This document shows positions 13,644 through 25,181 of a DNA stretch of 64,000 nucleotides, in pieces; position 1 is the first letter of the stretch, and every line of letters starts with the position of its first letter. The notes beneath the pieces were generated by a model. That model saw only the letters and a program-made list of their open reading frames with translations. It did not search any database and was not told the origin of the DNA. Location of the stretch: contig OZ076409.1 of NCBI GenBank assembly GCA_964187785.1, positions 52,020,001 to 52,084,000 on the forward strand, given 5' to 3'. The stretch comes from Amphiscolops sp. MND2022 (taxonomy: Eukaryota). Made by a program: the position numbers and the translations under genes.

Positions 13644-15129
13644 TATCAGCTTTTCCTGATTGAATGTTTCAAGTTTGATGAATTTATAGTTATTTTCTTT
13701 TTTTTTTCAGATTGATTTCGAATAGTCCGACAGCGTTGTATGTATTTGACAACAGGTTTAGGTTACTTTTGACCAGAAGATATTATTCTATAAAATTTTT
13801 GTTTGGAAACTCTGCGACAAAAATTACAGAAGTAAAATTGACAAAATATTTCTATAAAAATTTTAGCAAAGGGTTTGCCCCCAAATCTCCTGAGGATGCT
13901 AGTAAAATTTGAACGGAAAACCTTTTAGATTTCAAAAATCGTTTCGTTCACTCTTCAAGTATAATGAATTTGTTCAAATTGGTTGATTTTTGTTCAATCA
14001 GAGAAAATGCCATCAAATATTTACAAAATAAAGCCATTTTACACTGAACGAAAATGCGGATGCGGCTCGGATATGTAATTCTCTTCAGTTTACAAATCAG
14101 CCTTGTGAAAATCAAGGGTTGGGGGAAACTGAAATTGTACAGGGGTTATAAATGTCAGCTAAGAATGTTAGCTTGAGGTCCGTCGAAAAGTAGTTGAAAT
14201 TTTTAAAAACCTGAAACTTTTTTTTCATAAGTGACAAAGTTCTGAATTTGTGACAGATTCCGTGATAACTGATTTTGAATTTTGATATTTCGAGCAATGG
14301 ATTTGTGATATTTTAAAACGCAATTGTTATTGTGGTACATTAACTAGTGCCGCAAGTCTAGTTTTCAACGGAAAAACAAAGATAGTATGGTTTAAATATC
14401 GAGTATGAAATTATGCCGAGGTATTATAACTCAAGTTATAATTATGCATAAGCTGTTTCTAATGTAGTTTGAACACGCCTGAAACCTAACTTGGGCTTCC
14501 TGACCAAGGCTTAAAAATGAGAGAGAATGTGGTACGAAACGTTTGAAACTTTCATTAGCAAAAAATTTCTTTAATGCAAAAATATGGTGCCTACATAGAA
14601 TCGATCTCTGAACGTCATAAAATCACCACAATACCATCCTGTGAATAAAACCTTTGACCAGGTTCAACACCAAGCTTTTCTGCCGATATCCCTCGTGCTG
14701 CAATCACAAGTTTAATTCGCGCAAAATTTCTCATATTTCACAAAGTGGAAAAACTGGTTGAACTATTGTTATTGTGGTCACTTAGAAGAGAGTGACGAAA
14801 AAATGGCATGGAAGCTAGTAATATAGAGTCCTATACACAAGGGTTGGCGTTTAATTAGAGCGAAATAATTCAATCATTTTATTCCGAATCAACGGAAATA
14901 AACAGATTAAATCGATTAAACTTCATGTGTTGAAGAAAACATTTCCCAAACTGCAGAAGAAAAATCAGTCCTTTGAGGAGAACCATTCTACTATAACTTG
15001 AAACCAGTCGGGAACGGCATAAGTCAGCGCCCCGCTTATAGCTCCATAACAGCGAAAGTATTTCAAAGCGTCAAATGTTCTCTCGCATCGCACCCGAAAA
15101 AGCATCCATTTTTAGCATCCATTCTCATG

Positions 15130-16686
15130 ACCTTTGAGGCTGAGAAGAGTTGGTAGTTTCAATTCAACGGTATTCCGAGAAACTAACAGAAACGCGATTT
15201 ACAAAATAAACACCAGAAGTTAATTATCTCCCACTGAAATACAAAAACGGTTGATTTCTAACTGGAGAAGTTGTTCATACATATTAGGAATTTTGTTTCT
15301 AGCTTCGAAACATGCAATAACTTCTATATATCTTACAACTACCCCTTATCGGGCTTGAATACATGTTATATTCTCCGGAGAGTCTGTTGCTGAACATTTC
15401 AATTTTAACGTTTGCCAACAGTTTAGTTAGCAAGTCGGCCATCATTTCACTGGTTTCACATGTTCCATGGTCCATGTGACCTCGGCCTGTCACTATCAAA
15501 ATTCAGAAGATATCGTTTTGGATCTGCAAAGTTTTTAGCTTTCGTGAAAACTTGAAAACGGTTACCAACTTTGCAAAACTGTTCTGCAAACCTTTCACGA
15601 CTACCGAGCCTATTATTGGATTACAAATGTTTTTTTCCAACATCTGTTAGATCGAGCTAAAGTTCTTTCAGTTCTCATCAAATGATAGCGCATAGTTATT
15701 TGTGATTTCATTCCAAGGTTCGTTAACTTATTCAACGTTGATAGATACGAGGACGTTCACGACGTTTGAAACCGTCTTGCAAAAAGTTCTACGCCGAGTA
15801 CCGTTAGAATTCGCTGTTTTAATTAAACTTGATAACTTTCTATCTAGACATTGCACCAGTTCACACCAAACATCAAACTGTTTTTCTTTCAACTTGTTTT
15901 GCTCATTAGCAAAGTTTACAGCTGTTTCATTCGCAGGCATTTTCTCCTGATCAAAGAAGATTGTCCTCAACTCATTTCGAAATTAGACTGTACGGTACAG
16001 TTGTTAGTCATTCTATGTCCGAGTCGTCTATTTTAAAAGACACTCGAAATTCTATAGCTTTGTGATTCTGACCTTGTACTCCTTGTCCTTGTGATAATGT
16101 TTCGCTGGTTGTTACAAATAGTGACGCTTCTCTGGATTATAAACAACTTACATACAAAAAGCTCGAATGGCAGGCGATTTGCAGCAAACACTGAGTTCAG
16201 AAAAATTCTTACTACCCGTGCATAGAGCTGCGTGCTTTTTGGAAACTAACCAAATTAGATAAATGCTTTTAAAAAGTCTTAAAAGTCTAATGCTTAAAAG
16301 TCTGTCATAAAAATTGTCACCACGAGTTTTTTGTCAAGCCTTCATATGTTTCCCTAAAGTGTTTTTGAAATCTTTTCAGTCTATCTTTTCTAGCAAGTGA
16401 CTTTTCACCAAAATCTGACAGCAACCTTAGTTTTAGATGATTGAATAAAGCCCCATAACATCTTGACGTTTGAGGCTGAGTGACACGAAGAGTTGGTAGT
16501 TTCAATTCAATTGTCTTCAGAGAAAATATGAGAAAAGTGATTTACAAAACAAACATCAGACGTGAATGATTACCTCCCGCTGAAAAACGAAAAAGTGACT
16601 CCTTCTAACTGGAGAAGTTGTTCATACAATATAGGAATCTTCTTTTAGCTTCGAAACATGCCTTGACTTCTTTATATCTTGAATCA
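15130..16686 (-). mobile_element. Decayed, internally deleted Copia-like LTR element
   Basis: Diverged direct repeats of about 210 bp (about 15130-15340 and 16470-16686). PBS-like TGTTATGGGGC at 16460-16450 (copia PBS is GGTTATGGGCCC) and PPT-like AAGGGG near 15345. Gag fragment WCELVQCLDRKLSSLI resembles copia YAELIQ.LDDKSLSLV. Confidence 0.5.
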
Positions 16687-17119
16687 TTCTAGTACTATTT
16701 ATCCAAAATTTTGAAAAGAGACCCCCCTTGCAAGACTTTGTAAATGTTTCGAAAAAAATGAGAATTTTGAACAGTCTGGTAGTGCCAAAAATGTCAAAGG
16801 GGGATATTCAGTTGCAAATTATTTGAAAAATGGAAGAGGACATTTTAGAGACATTGAAAAAACTTCGAAAAGCAAGACTCATAGTGCACTAAAACTACAA
16901 AAATTCCATTAAAGATTAAAAATGGTGACCTTTTAGAATCGTTTGTCAATTTTGGTGCCATTTTTGTCATAACCAAAGTAGTTCAAACATCTGTCCGCTT
17001 TTCCTTTAGGTATTACTTTGAAACATGGCAAATTTTGAAATAAAATGAAATTTGGATTTTGTGTTTTATGTCAGTTAGGAAAAGGTCTTCCCTTTTCGAT
17101 ATTTCTCAGAACTGTTTAG

Positions 17120-17512
17120 TTCCTGAAATTTTTCTCAAAAATTTCAGAGGAGCTTGTTTGAGCGATTATTCTTGTTTTGAGCCTTGATCGTGGCTCCAAC
17201 TTATGCTGTTCCCGGGTTGTTCGTGTTTCATGACGTTTCCGTTTACTTTCGCCACTTTTAAGTTCGCCACATATGAGTTACCAGAAATGTAGACAAAATA
17301 TACGTGGCGAACTTATATGGTGGCTAACTTAAATGTGGCCAAGTTTTACGGGCTAACTTATTTGTGGCGAACTTAAAAGTGGCGAACTTAAGCGGACACG
17401 ACATGAAACAAAAACAACCCGGGACCAGCATAAGTCCGACCCATGCCCAAGGCTCAAAACAAGCATAATCGCTCAAATAAGCTCCTCTGAAATTTTCAAG
17501 AGAAATTTCAGA
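17120..17512. repeat. Foldback palindrome of about 390 bp: two head-to-head HINE-like ends around a core of GTGGCGAACTTA repeats
   Basis: 17120-17275 is an imperfect reverse complement of 17350-17512 (for example cttgttttgagccttg / caaggctcaaaacaag). Confidence 0.8.
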
Positions 17513-18526
17513 ATTAAACATCATAGAAGTTCCCAAGATGATCTGATTTATTCGGTCCTGAAAGACTTTCTGAAACTTTCTCAGAAACATGTTTTTTTTT
17601 CAACTTGAAGATTTTTGCGTTTTGTTTTTTGAGCATTGAGCTGACGCCGACTTTGTTGTTGACGCCTCGTTTTGTTTAATGTTTTGGTTTTTCAGTATGA
17701 TTCGAATTAACATAAATAATGAACTGATTTTTTGTCTTTTTCAAAAAAATAGTTGGATGTTTTTAGAGCATTCTATAGATGGTCAGGTAATGAAAATATC
17801 CCACTTCACTTTGCAATGAAAGCTTTCATAGGATATTTTTAAATCGTAGTTCAGTTTGCTGCTCAAAGTCAAAGTAAAGTTCTAGAACTAATCTTCAGAG
17901 AAAAATGTCTGACTGATGATGATAAGCTTGCTGTACATTAGGATGTTACGCGAAACGAGCAGAAGCAAACCAAGTCGTCAGCCCGTTTAGGAACCCTCAA
18001 ATTTTGCAAAGAGGTTAAAAGGAAATGAAATATTCAAACAAAAAACATCTAGTTCTAGATAATTGTTACTTCATTTTGAAAAAAAAACGAAGAGGGACTC
18101 TTCGGTGAAGTAAAAAATTTTTCAAGAAAAATTGCAGATTGCCGACAAAACATTAAAATAGACACTTTGGTTTCACCTAGCTTTTTAATTGGCTAAAAAT
18201 TTCAGTAAGAAGCTGGAGGAAAAAACCCAGTCACTGTGTTAGTCTGATTTTTTCAAAAAGCACGGAACCAACATGCAGTATAGCTGAAACATTGAGACAA
18301 ATACTATTGATTTTTCGCGGAAAACATTTGGATTCAGAAAAGTTTGATTAAGTGCAATTCCATAAAAGTTATTACAATAAACATTTCCAAAAGAGTCACA
18401 AATCTCTACAATAAAAATTCATAAAGTTCAGAAACTAATCAGGAATCACTAGATATACTGAAGCGGCGGTCTCTCAACCTTGATTTTTTTCTTAGTTTCC
18501 ATTCATATGCTCGAGGGAAGATATCG

Positions 18527-19464
18527 TTACCAGTAATTACAACCCCTTCCACCCAACAACTTGAAACAGGCTAAAGATGGGGTTAAAGTTGCGATTGCCA
18601 TTGCTAGTGAGAGCAAGAAAGCGAGACATATTATGACCAAAAAGAGCGCTGCTAGTTTTGGATACCGTTTTTTCGTCGCTTTAAGTTCCCGTATATGCTC
18701 CTTCTGTTTAGGGAGGTACATTAAGAGAGGGGTAGTAACCACCTGCACAATTAGGGTCACCCCGAATGACCAGGCCACTTGTTTGCGATCTTCAAAAGTG
18801 TCGTTGAAGAACCGTTCGTCGGTGCCTATCTCGAAAGGAGCTGCCATACCATTGGCTATTGGGATTCCGATCGTCATCCCTACTATGAATGACGTAACCA
18901 AAAGGCTGTGGAAGAGGGCCTCCAGACCAGTCGGGCAAATCTCGATCAGCATCAGTGACCCCACGAGGTGACCCATGCCCTCGGGGATTGCCGAAATGAC
19001 GTCATCGGCAAAATAGAAGTAAGGGTTTCTTACAACATTGAAGATGGTCAAAAATTCGACTGAGTATTCTGTCACCAGATGCACAATGCGTGAAAAAAGA
19101 AAAATTCCTCTCCAAGATGTGTTTAGGAAAAATGTCTTCAATATATAGACGCCCAAAAGCTCTAATCCAGTTGTCACAAAGGTACTGATGGTTGTAATTA
19201 GAGGGGTCACTTTCGCCCAATTTTTTTTGACCTTTACACCTGCCGGGGACGAAATTCGTATAGTGACTGCCCAGAAAAAGAGGACGATGAAGGTCTGAAG
19301 AACTTCCCTGGATTGGAAGGCGTCCCAAAATGAATACGCTATTTCCTTCATCTTTGGCACGTAGATCACTTTTTTATCATGCAACATGAAAATACTGTTG
19401 AGAACAGCGGTGAAACAGACAATTGACATGATAGCCGAGACTGTTGAGAGGCAGAGATGTAAAA
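18527..19464 (-). CDS. BT1-family (folate/biopterin-type) MFS transporter, last exon
   Basis: Multi-TM ORF with VVRNPYF, EICPTGLEALFHSLL and C-terminal LACFKLLGGRGC. The acceptor position (19464) is inferred. Confidence 0.75.
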
Positions 19465-19577
19465 CTTTATTGAATACCTGTATGCATTCAACATTTCTCG
19501 TTGGAACTACATACACGAAAACTATACATCTTTTAATACTATCTTTATACTATCGTATGCTATACGTCTTTACATCC

Positions 19578-19743
19578 CTGTGCGGTAGGAGACTGAGAAA
19601 CAGAAAGTGCCACCATACTCGACGCCGTTCATGAGGAAACCGACCAGCAGTAGACTGGTGAGGGTGCTCAACTCAAGAAACATGTAGATGATGATGCTGA
19701 TTGTTCCCCGTCTCTTTGCACTTTCCAGCTGAGAGTATTCTAT
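19578..19743 (-). CDS. BT1-family transporter, exon 4
   Basis: Acceptor tcttcag at 19744, then IEYSQLESAKRRGTISIIIY..GFLMNGVEYGGTFCFS in phase 0 with the exon ending at 46127. Donor position uncertain (19578 or 19574). Confidence 0.75.
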
Positions 19744-21229
19744 CTGAAGACATGCATCATGACTTGGCTCGCAAAATTATGTAACTACAAGTTCTCGTAA
19801 TTTTTTTGAAATAACTGAAACACGAAGTGCAGGGTAACTGCTAAATTTTCTATTCCTTAGAAAAAATGTAAAAGAAACATTCGGTGATCCTCAGGTAGCG
19901 TGGACTCGCTCAATCATGTTGAACCACATTGTTGGGTAGCGTAGTCCCGGAAAAGTACCTCCTTAAGTAGAGTGGACCCGAAAACTTTTTGTTTACATAG
20001 TCGCCCTCGCCGTCGAAAAGGCCCGATATTCGTGATATTCGCTCCCGCTAAGTATTTTTCTTGCTCGACTATGCTTAGCAAGACAACCATTGATGACCGT
20101 ATGGCACTAGTAAAGGTGCACATGTCCAAAAAATTGCAATACTTGCGTGATTTTTGGTGGGAAATCAATAGAGGTTTTCAGAATGCTCGGGTCCTCGCCA
20201 CCTAAGGTTGTTCCGATTGGGTCCACGCTACTTAAACACCACTGAAAATTCTAATTGCAAATGATTCAAAACTCCGAAACTCAGAAACATGTGATATCAA
20301 AAGTGGCTTCAATGGAGCCTTAACTCATTACTGCCTCAAATTTTTTTACGATCCAAAAAGCGTTGTCAGTGTTTTCACCTATCCGTTTAACTAAATGCTT
20401 TAATTGCACTCCTCGAAAACATTTTTGTTCGTAGACTAGAACAACAAGCAAAAATATTAGCAGAAAATATACAAAGCAGACGTACAGTACTGTGATGATA
20501 AGAAAACGTCCCCCGGGGAAATTTTTAGCTCGATTTTCTCGAAATCTGTTGAGAATTTTGAAAAACATTAGAAATAAAAGTTTCTTAGAATTTCATCTAG
20601 TTTACATTAGTGTTTTTAAAATTTTTCTGGGACAAAAATTGAGAAAGTTACAATTAGCTGATTTTGAGCAAATTTGAGGCTTTTTTCCGTATTACCAATT
20701 TTTGCCCCTTTTTTCCACAGTGTTTTTTGGCAAGTTTTATGCTCAAATAACTCGCAGAAATCTACTGAATCTATGGATATTATTCGATTTCAAAAACTAT
20801 CAACCGTTTTTCAAATATCATGCTCGAAAGGTAAAATTTCGTCGATTTACATGTATTAAGATCGGAAATGAACGTTTCGCGGCGGAAAACTGCGATTATT
20901 TTTCGATTTAGAATATTTTGAAACAAAAAATATATCATTGAATTCTATACAATCTGCAGAATTCGATGAATTTAAAATTTTTAGGAAAAAAATCAAAAAC
21001 CTGTCCAAAACTGGGAAAATAGCAGAAGTGTTTTTTCTGCGCCGGAGATTTCACTTGATACGGCAATCAGAATTGAAAGTGAGAGCAAATAAGCAATTCT
21101 AATTGGTTGATAACGACGCTCAGCGCATAGGGGGACGATTTCTTAATCACAGCACTGTATACTTAACAAAAAATTTTGTAGTGATATACGACATACTGCC
21201 ATAAAGGCACCAATGTCCAGATAGGTACT

Positions 21230-21343
21230 AGTACCTGATGAAAGTCGAAATTGATCTACTTTTAAGCAGCGATTTTGCAATAGTACCTATTATTGCAAAA
21301 TGGCTGTTTAAAAATAGGTCAATCTCGACTTTCATCAGGTACC
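21230..21343. repeat. Near-perfect hairpin (MITE-like foldback), arms about 55 bp
   Basis: gtacctgatgaaagtcg..ttttgcaata is mirrored by tattgcaaaa..cgactttcatcaggtac with about 6 mismatches. Confidence 0.85.
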
Positions 21344-21498
21344 AGGTATTATAGAGCAATTGACGAATACGCGTAAGCCGACTTGCACGAGAATTGTAGT
21401 TGATCAGCCTTTTTGTCTCGTTTTCTTGAAAAAAAATCAGAAACTTTTTCTTGAGAGAAAAGAGCATAGAACTGCCCAAACTTAGATTCTATTACCAG

Positions 21499-22053
21499 TC
21501 AATACTTTCTGTAAGAGCCACGTCCCGTGGTGTCTCTCAAATCACCAACGGACCGTGAATCCTTTTTCAATAATTTTGTTTTCAAGCCAGATGGATTTTC
21601 CCTATTTTCCTGACTACTAGGAGACATACTCATCTCAGTGTCCCTGTTCCCAGAGGAAGACATTGAACTCACAATATTCTGAATCTCCGGTAACACCTTC
21701 TCTGATATGGCGGTACTGATTGCTCTATTTATCTGACTATGTACCATGGCCATCATGGAATCCATCTCTTGAGATAACCTAAGATTAAATTCATTTGAAA
21801 AGGTTTCAAAGGATTGTCTTATGTCGTTTCGACCATGAGGCTCATTTCCTTGAATGAAATTTCCAAGATCATTTCTTGAGTGACTACCAATTTCTATGTC
21901 ACCATTAATGGAAGATTGGTCTATTACATCTGCTAACTCTCTTTCTAAAGGATTTTCACTCCCTATCATCACGTCTAAATTATCCATATCGGACAACATG
22001 TCCATCTCTTTGGATTTTCTAGCTTTCGCTTTCTGTCTTCTTGTGGAAGGCAT
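21499..22053 (-). CDS. Truncated Gag N-terminus (184 aa) encoded by the 3' LTR, ending in flanking host DNA
   Basis: Identical to Gag residues 1-181 except one D/N change. The last codons (RKY, stop) come from the TSD and flank. Expression unknown. Confidence 0.6.
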   Translation of the reverse strand: MPSTRRQKAKARKSKEMDMLSDMDNLDVMIGSENPLERELADVIDQSSINGDIEIGSHSRNDLGNFIQGNEPHGRNDIRQSFETFSNEFNLRLSQEMDSMMAMVHSQINRAISTAISEKVLPEIQNIVSSMSSSGNRDTEMSMSPSSQENRENPSGLKTKLLKKDSRSVGDLRDTTGRGSYRKY

Positions 22054-23140
22054 AAGAGTTTATTGCAAGAGATAAGAATTTAAATTAAGTTCTCAGGCTT
22101 GCAAACAGAGTATGTTGAAACGATTTTAACAAGTTTGAGTATTACGGTATCAAGGAAATTGAAAAAGTCCTTGGGACCTAGGGTCCACGGTATATATACT
22201 CAGGTTTACATGACTTGCAAAATAATGAGGGTCACGTTCTAAAAATAGCCTTCACAGCTATCTAAAAATAGCACCTACTATTTATAGCCATGAAGGCGGC
22301 ATGACGAAAGGGTCACTTCAAAGGGGTGATTTATTCAAGCGCCTTCAACAATTCCATATATAGAAGGATTGTAGGTCCAAGCATCCCTCAAGGCCTTTCA
22401 TATGTGAGGTTTAGCAACATTACATGCAATTACATTTGATCAACCATAACTTACATGTACCAACTCATTAATCTGAGTATTCATGTAAATTATTAATATC
22501 TAGCATCAAATGGTACAAATGGTCCAGTAATCTTCATCAAAACGAGTATTTATTAGAAACACCAATCATAGCCCTTATTTACCACTGTAAATTGCACTTT
22601 ACTTTAATTTGGACTCAGTGTCCATTTGCCGTAAATAGGCAGCAAATTACTACTAGCTGACGGCGCGTGGCCTTAGAGTCCTTTAATTTAGAATACTGCG
22701 CACAGTGAATGAAATGAATGGCGTGTTCTGATTGGCTAAGAATTTGGACGGACTGCGTGTCCAGCGAGACAGGAGAGGAAACATTTGAACTCGTTTCCTT
22801 TCCTGTACGCCTTGGTGTCCAATTTCTTAGCTAATACATTAAATATACAGTGTTTACATGCATCAATGTATCAAAATCAACTTCGTAGTTTTCAACTAAC
22901 CAAATGGTATTTCCGATTAATAATTTGCACAAGATTTTATATATAAGGCTGTCAAAACTGAAAATAGAATAATAGACATGCCGTAAAAATATTACAAATT
23001 CAGTTTGAAGTTTTTGTCCCGTCATGACAATGGGACACATGGTCCTTTCCTCTAGTTTATTGGCAGAGTACCTGGGAGGGCGCGAAAACAGCTGTAATTG
23101 ATGGTGTAAAAGTTCCCATCGCAGGCGGGAGCCTGCGACA
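21510..23140 (-). repeat. 3' LTR of the Gypsy element
   Basis: Direct repeat of 35571-37201 at offset 14061; only about 4 substitutions seen by eye. Confidence 0.97.
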
Positions 23141-23891
23141 CTCCCCCTGGCATGAGAAGAAAAGTTCCGGCTGTCATCCCGTCTAGAAATGCTCTCTTTC
23201 TTGCTTGCGTCTCCGCTAGCGTTTCTCCCACTGCGACCGTCTTGCTGATGTAATCATCTGCAGCTTCCTCGCGTATTTGATGTGTTGATTTACCACAGAT
23301 CACACAGTCCGAATAGGTCGATTCAGCTGTAGGCACCCCGATTTCCAAGTCATTAAAATGATTGGCCATAGAATCAATCGTCGGGGCATCTGATACGTAA
23401 GACCCACTCGATGTCGGTTGAGGGCAGTATTGTCCTCTGTCTGCATCTGGTGGGGATAGTGGCGTATCGACCATCGGGACAAGATTGCGGCACAAGTTTA
23501 TCGGGTGGTTCCGCTTAATTCTACTGTCTGCCCTTAGGGGCCCATTGCCTCTCCCCAGGCTAAAGTAAGTCTGGTCGAACTTAGGAAACGGAGGCAAGTT
23601 TGGCCTTCTGTGTTCGTTTGCCTGATTCGCGGCAGAAGAAGAGGTGTAGGGAATCGCTATGGGCTCGGACATCTGTGTTTCGACGCATAAGGCCATCTGA
23701 GCAACTTCTTCCGACTCATCCTCCGAGGAGGACAAGAAATCGGTTATCGAGGAAACGCTCCTGCATTCCATTGTCTCCTCTTCGTCGCTTGAAATGTAAA
23801 TGATCCCATCTCCTGGGGCAGCTCCTTGGAAGTCCTCCGGATAGGTCCTTTCGGGTTCGGAGTCATACAAAGGCGAGACAAGGCTATTCAT
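23052..23891 (-). CDS. Accessory ORF3 of the Gypsy element (279 aa, unknown function, not env-like)
   Basis: ATG-initiated open frame in the env position. Acidic N-terminus with IIYISSDEEE, a CVIC motif, no signal peptide or TM segment. The last 89 nt lie inside the 3' LTR. Confidence 0.75.
   Translation of the reverse strand: MNSLVSPLYDSEPERTYPEDFQGAAPGDGIIYISSDEEETMECRSVSSITDFLSSSEDESEEVAQMALCVETQMSEPIAIPYTSSSAANQANEHRRPNLPPFPKFDQTYFSLGRGNGPLRADSRIKRNHPINLCRNLVPMVDTPLSPPDADRGQYCPQPTSSGSYVSDAPTIDSMANHFNDLEIGVPTAESTYSDCVICGKSTHQIREEAADDYISKTVAVGETLAETQARKRAFLDGMTAGTFLLMPGGVSQAPACDGNFYTINYSCFRALPGTLPIN
23141..23148 (-). other. Polypurine tract
   Basis: Minus-strand AGGGGGAG directly abuts the TG of the 3' LTR. 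Confidence 0.85.
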
Positions 23892-25181
23892 ATCGAATCT
23901 TTTTTTGAATATTTTCTTCGCTATCTTGAAGGAATTTAGTGGTTTTCAATTCAGAAATGTTTGAAGAGGACGGCTGAATTCAAGAATGAAACTGAGAGGA
24001 ATAGCGGATTTATTTCCGACAGTCCGTGAGTCTCTTCGTTTCGTTTTTCCCGGGGTTCCGCTACCTCTCCAAGTAATAACTTCTCGACAACAAAATTCTT
24101 CCCTTTTGAATTCTTTCATCAAGCCGCAGAGTTGCTTTGTAATTGTCGGCGCCGCCTTAACTATCTATCAACAACTAAGTTAACACTTCTAACTTAAGAG
24201 CGCGGTCTCGAGTGTTTATTAACACTCATCAGATACTTGAGGATTTCAAGTGGGTGAAGATATGACGGCCAGCCACGCCGTCCACCATCGATATGCTCAG
24301 CCAATAAGAAAGCAGCAAAATTTCTCCCAAGCTAACATGGCTTCTCAAGGTCGCGAACCCGTATAAGGAATGATATAAAATGACCTTGAAAATAAAATAA
24401 AATAAAATAAAGTGAAACAAGATAAAATCATGAAATAACTCTGCAAAATAATAAAGTTTTCGAAATAAATAGGGGAAATGTAGATATCGCTGGCGGACCC
24501 TATCCACATAATGCCATAAATTGTAAATAGTAATAAATTTGACACCAAATTGTACAGCCACGAACTCCAATCTTGACATCTTGTCACATCGCCAATTCTT
24601 CTTTCAATTCTTTATCATCCAGTTGTATTATTCACTTCTTGTATTATCCAGTATTTAATCACCACATTTACTCTACATCGTAATTAATCCATAGTTAGTT
24701 TCAGTCTACAAGTCGTTTTTATTTATATATTTCTTTATATCTCCATCCCACTTTCATCTTCGGACTCAGCGTCCACACGTCCCTAATCCTACGGATCCGC
24801 AAGGAATACTCTGTCTAATCGACATCCAGTCCAGCTCGGTGATCTTAGTCAGTTTCAACATCCCCAACTTTCTTCACACATACGGTGCAGCAACTTCCAT
24901 CTTCATCGCTACATACTACTTCAGAAGCCGATTTGTGTCTTTGCGAGGATCTACTGATATACTGCCGGTACTGAATTCCAAGTAAGTAGTTGCTCTTCTT
25001 TTGTTTTGAATAGAGATTAGGCTTGATCAGGGCTTTAATCACTTTCATTGACTTCCTGTCCATATAACACAAGCGTTCACAAGTGTTCAAACAAATCAAC
25101 TTCCGGAAGATTTTTAAATGCGGTAAAATGGATTTTAATTCAGGAAGGTTCCCGCTTGATTTCTTCTCTTTTTATTTAGAC

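Noticed and set aside
17300..17395. Short repeats as a CRISPR array
   Set aside because: 15-bp tandem units without unique spacers, eukaryotic context, no cas genes.
21235..21250. CTGATGA..GAAA as a hammerhead ribozyme core
   Set aside because: Only 4 nt lie between the motifs, so stem II cannot form; the sequence is one arm of a palindrome.
22831..23040. 69-aa ORF in the 3' LTR and its 116-aa counterpart at 36892-37242
   Set aside because: Repeated only because the LTRs are identical; short, AT-rich, no motif.
23052..23891. ORF3 as an envelope gene
   Set aside because: No signal peptide, furin site or TM anchor.
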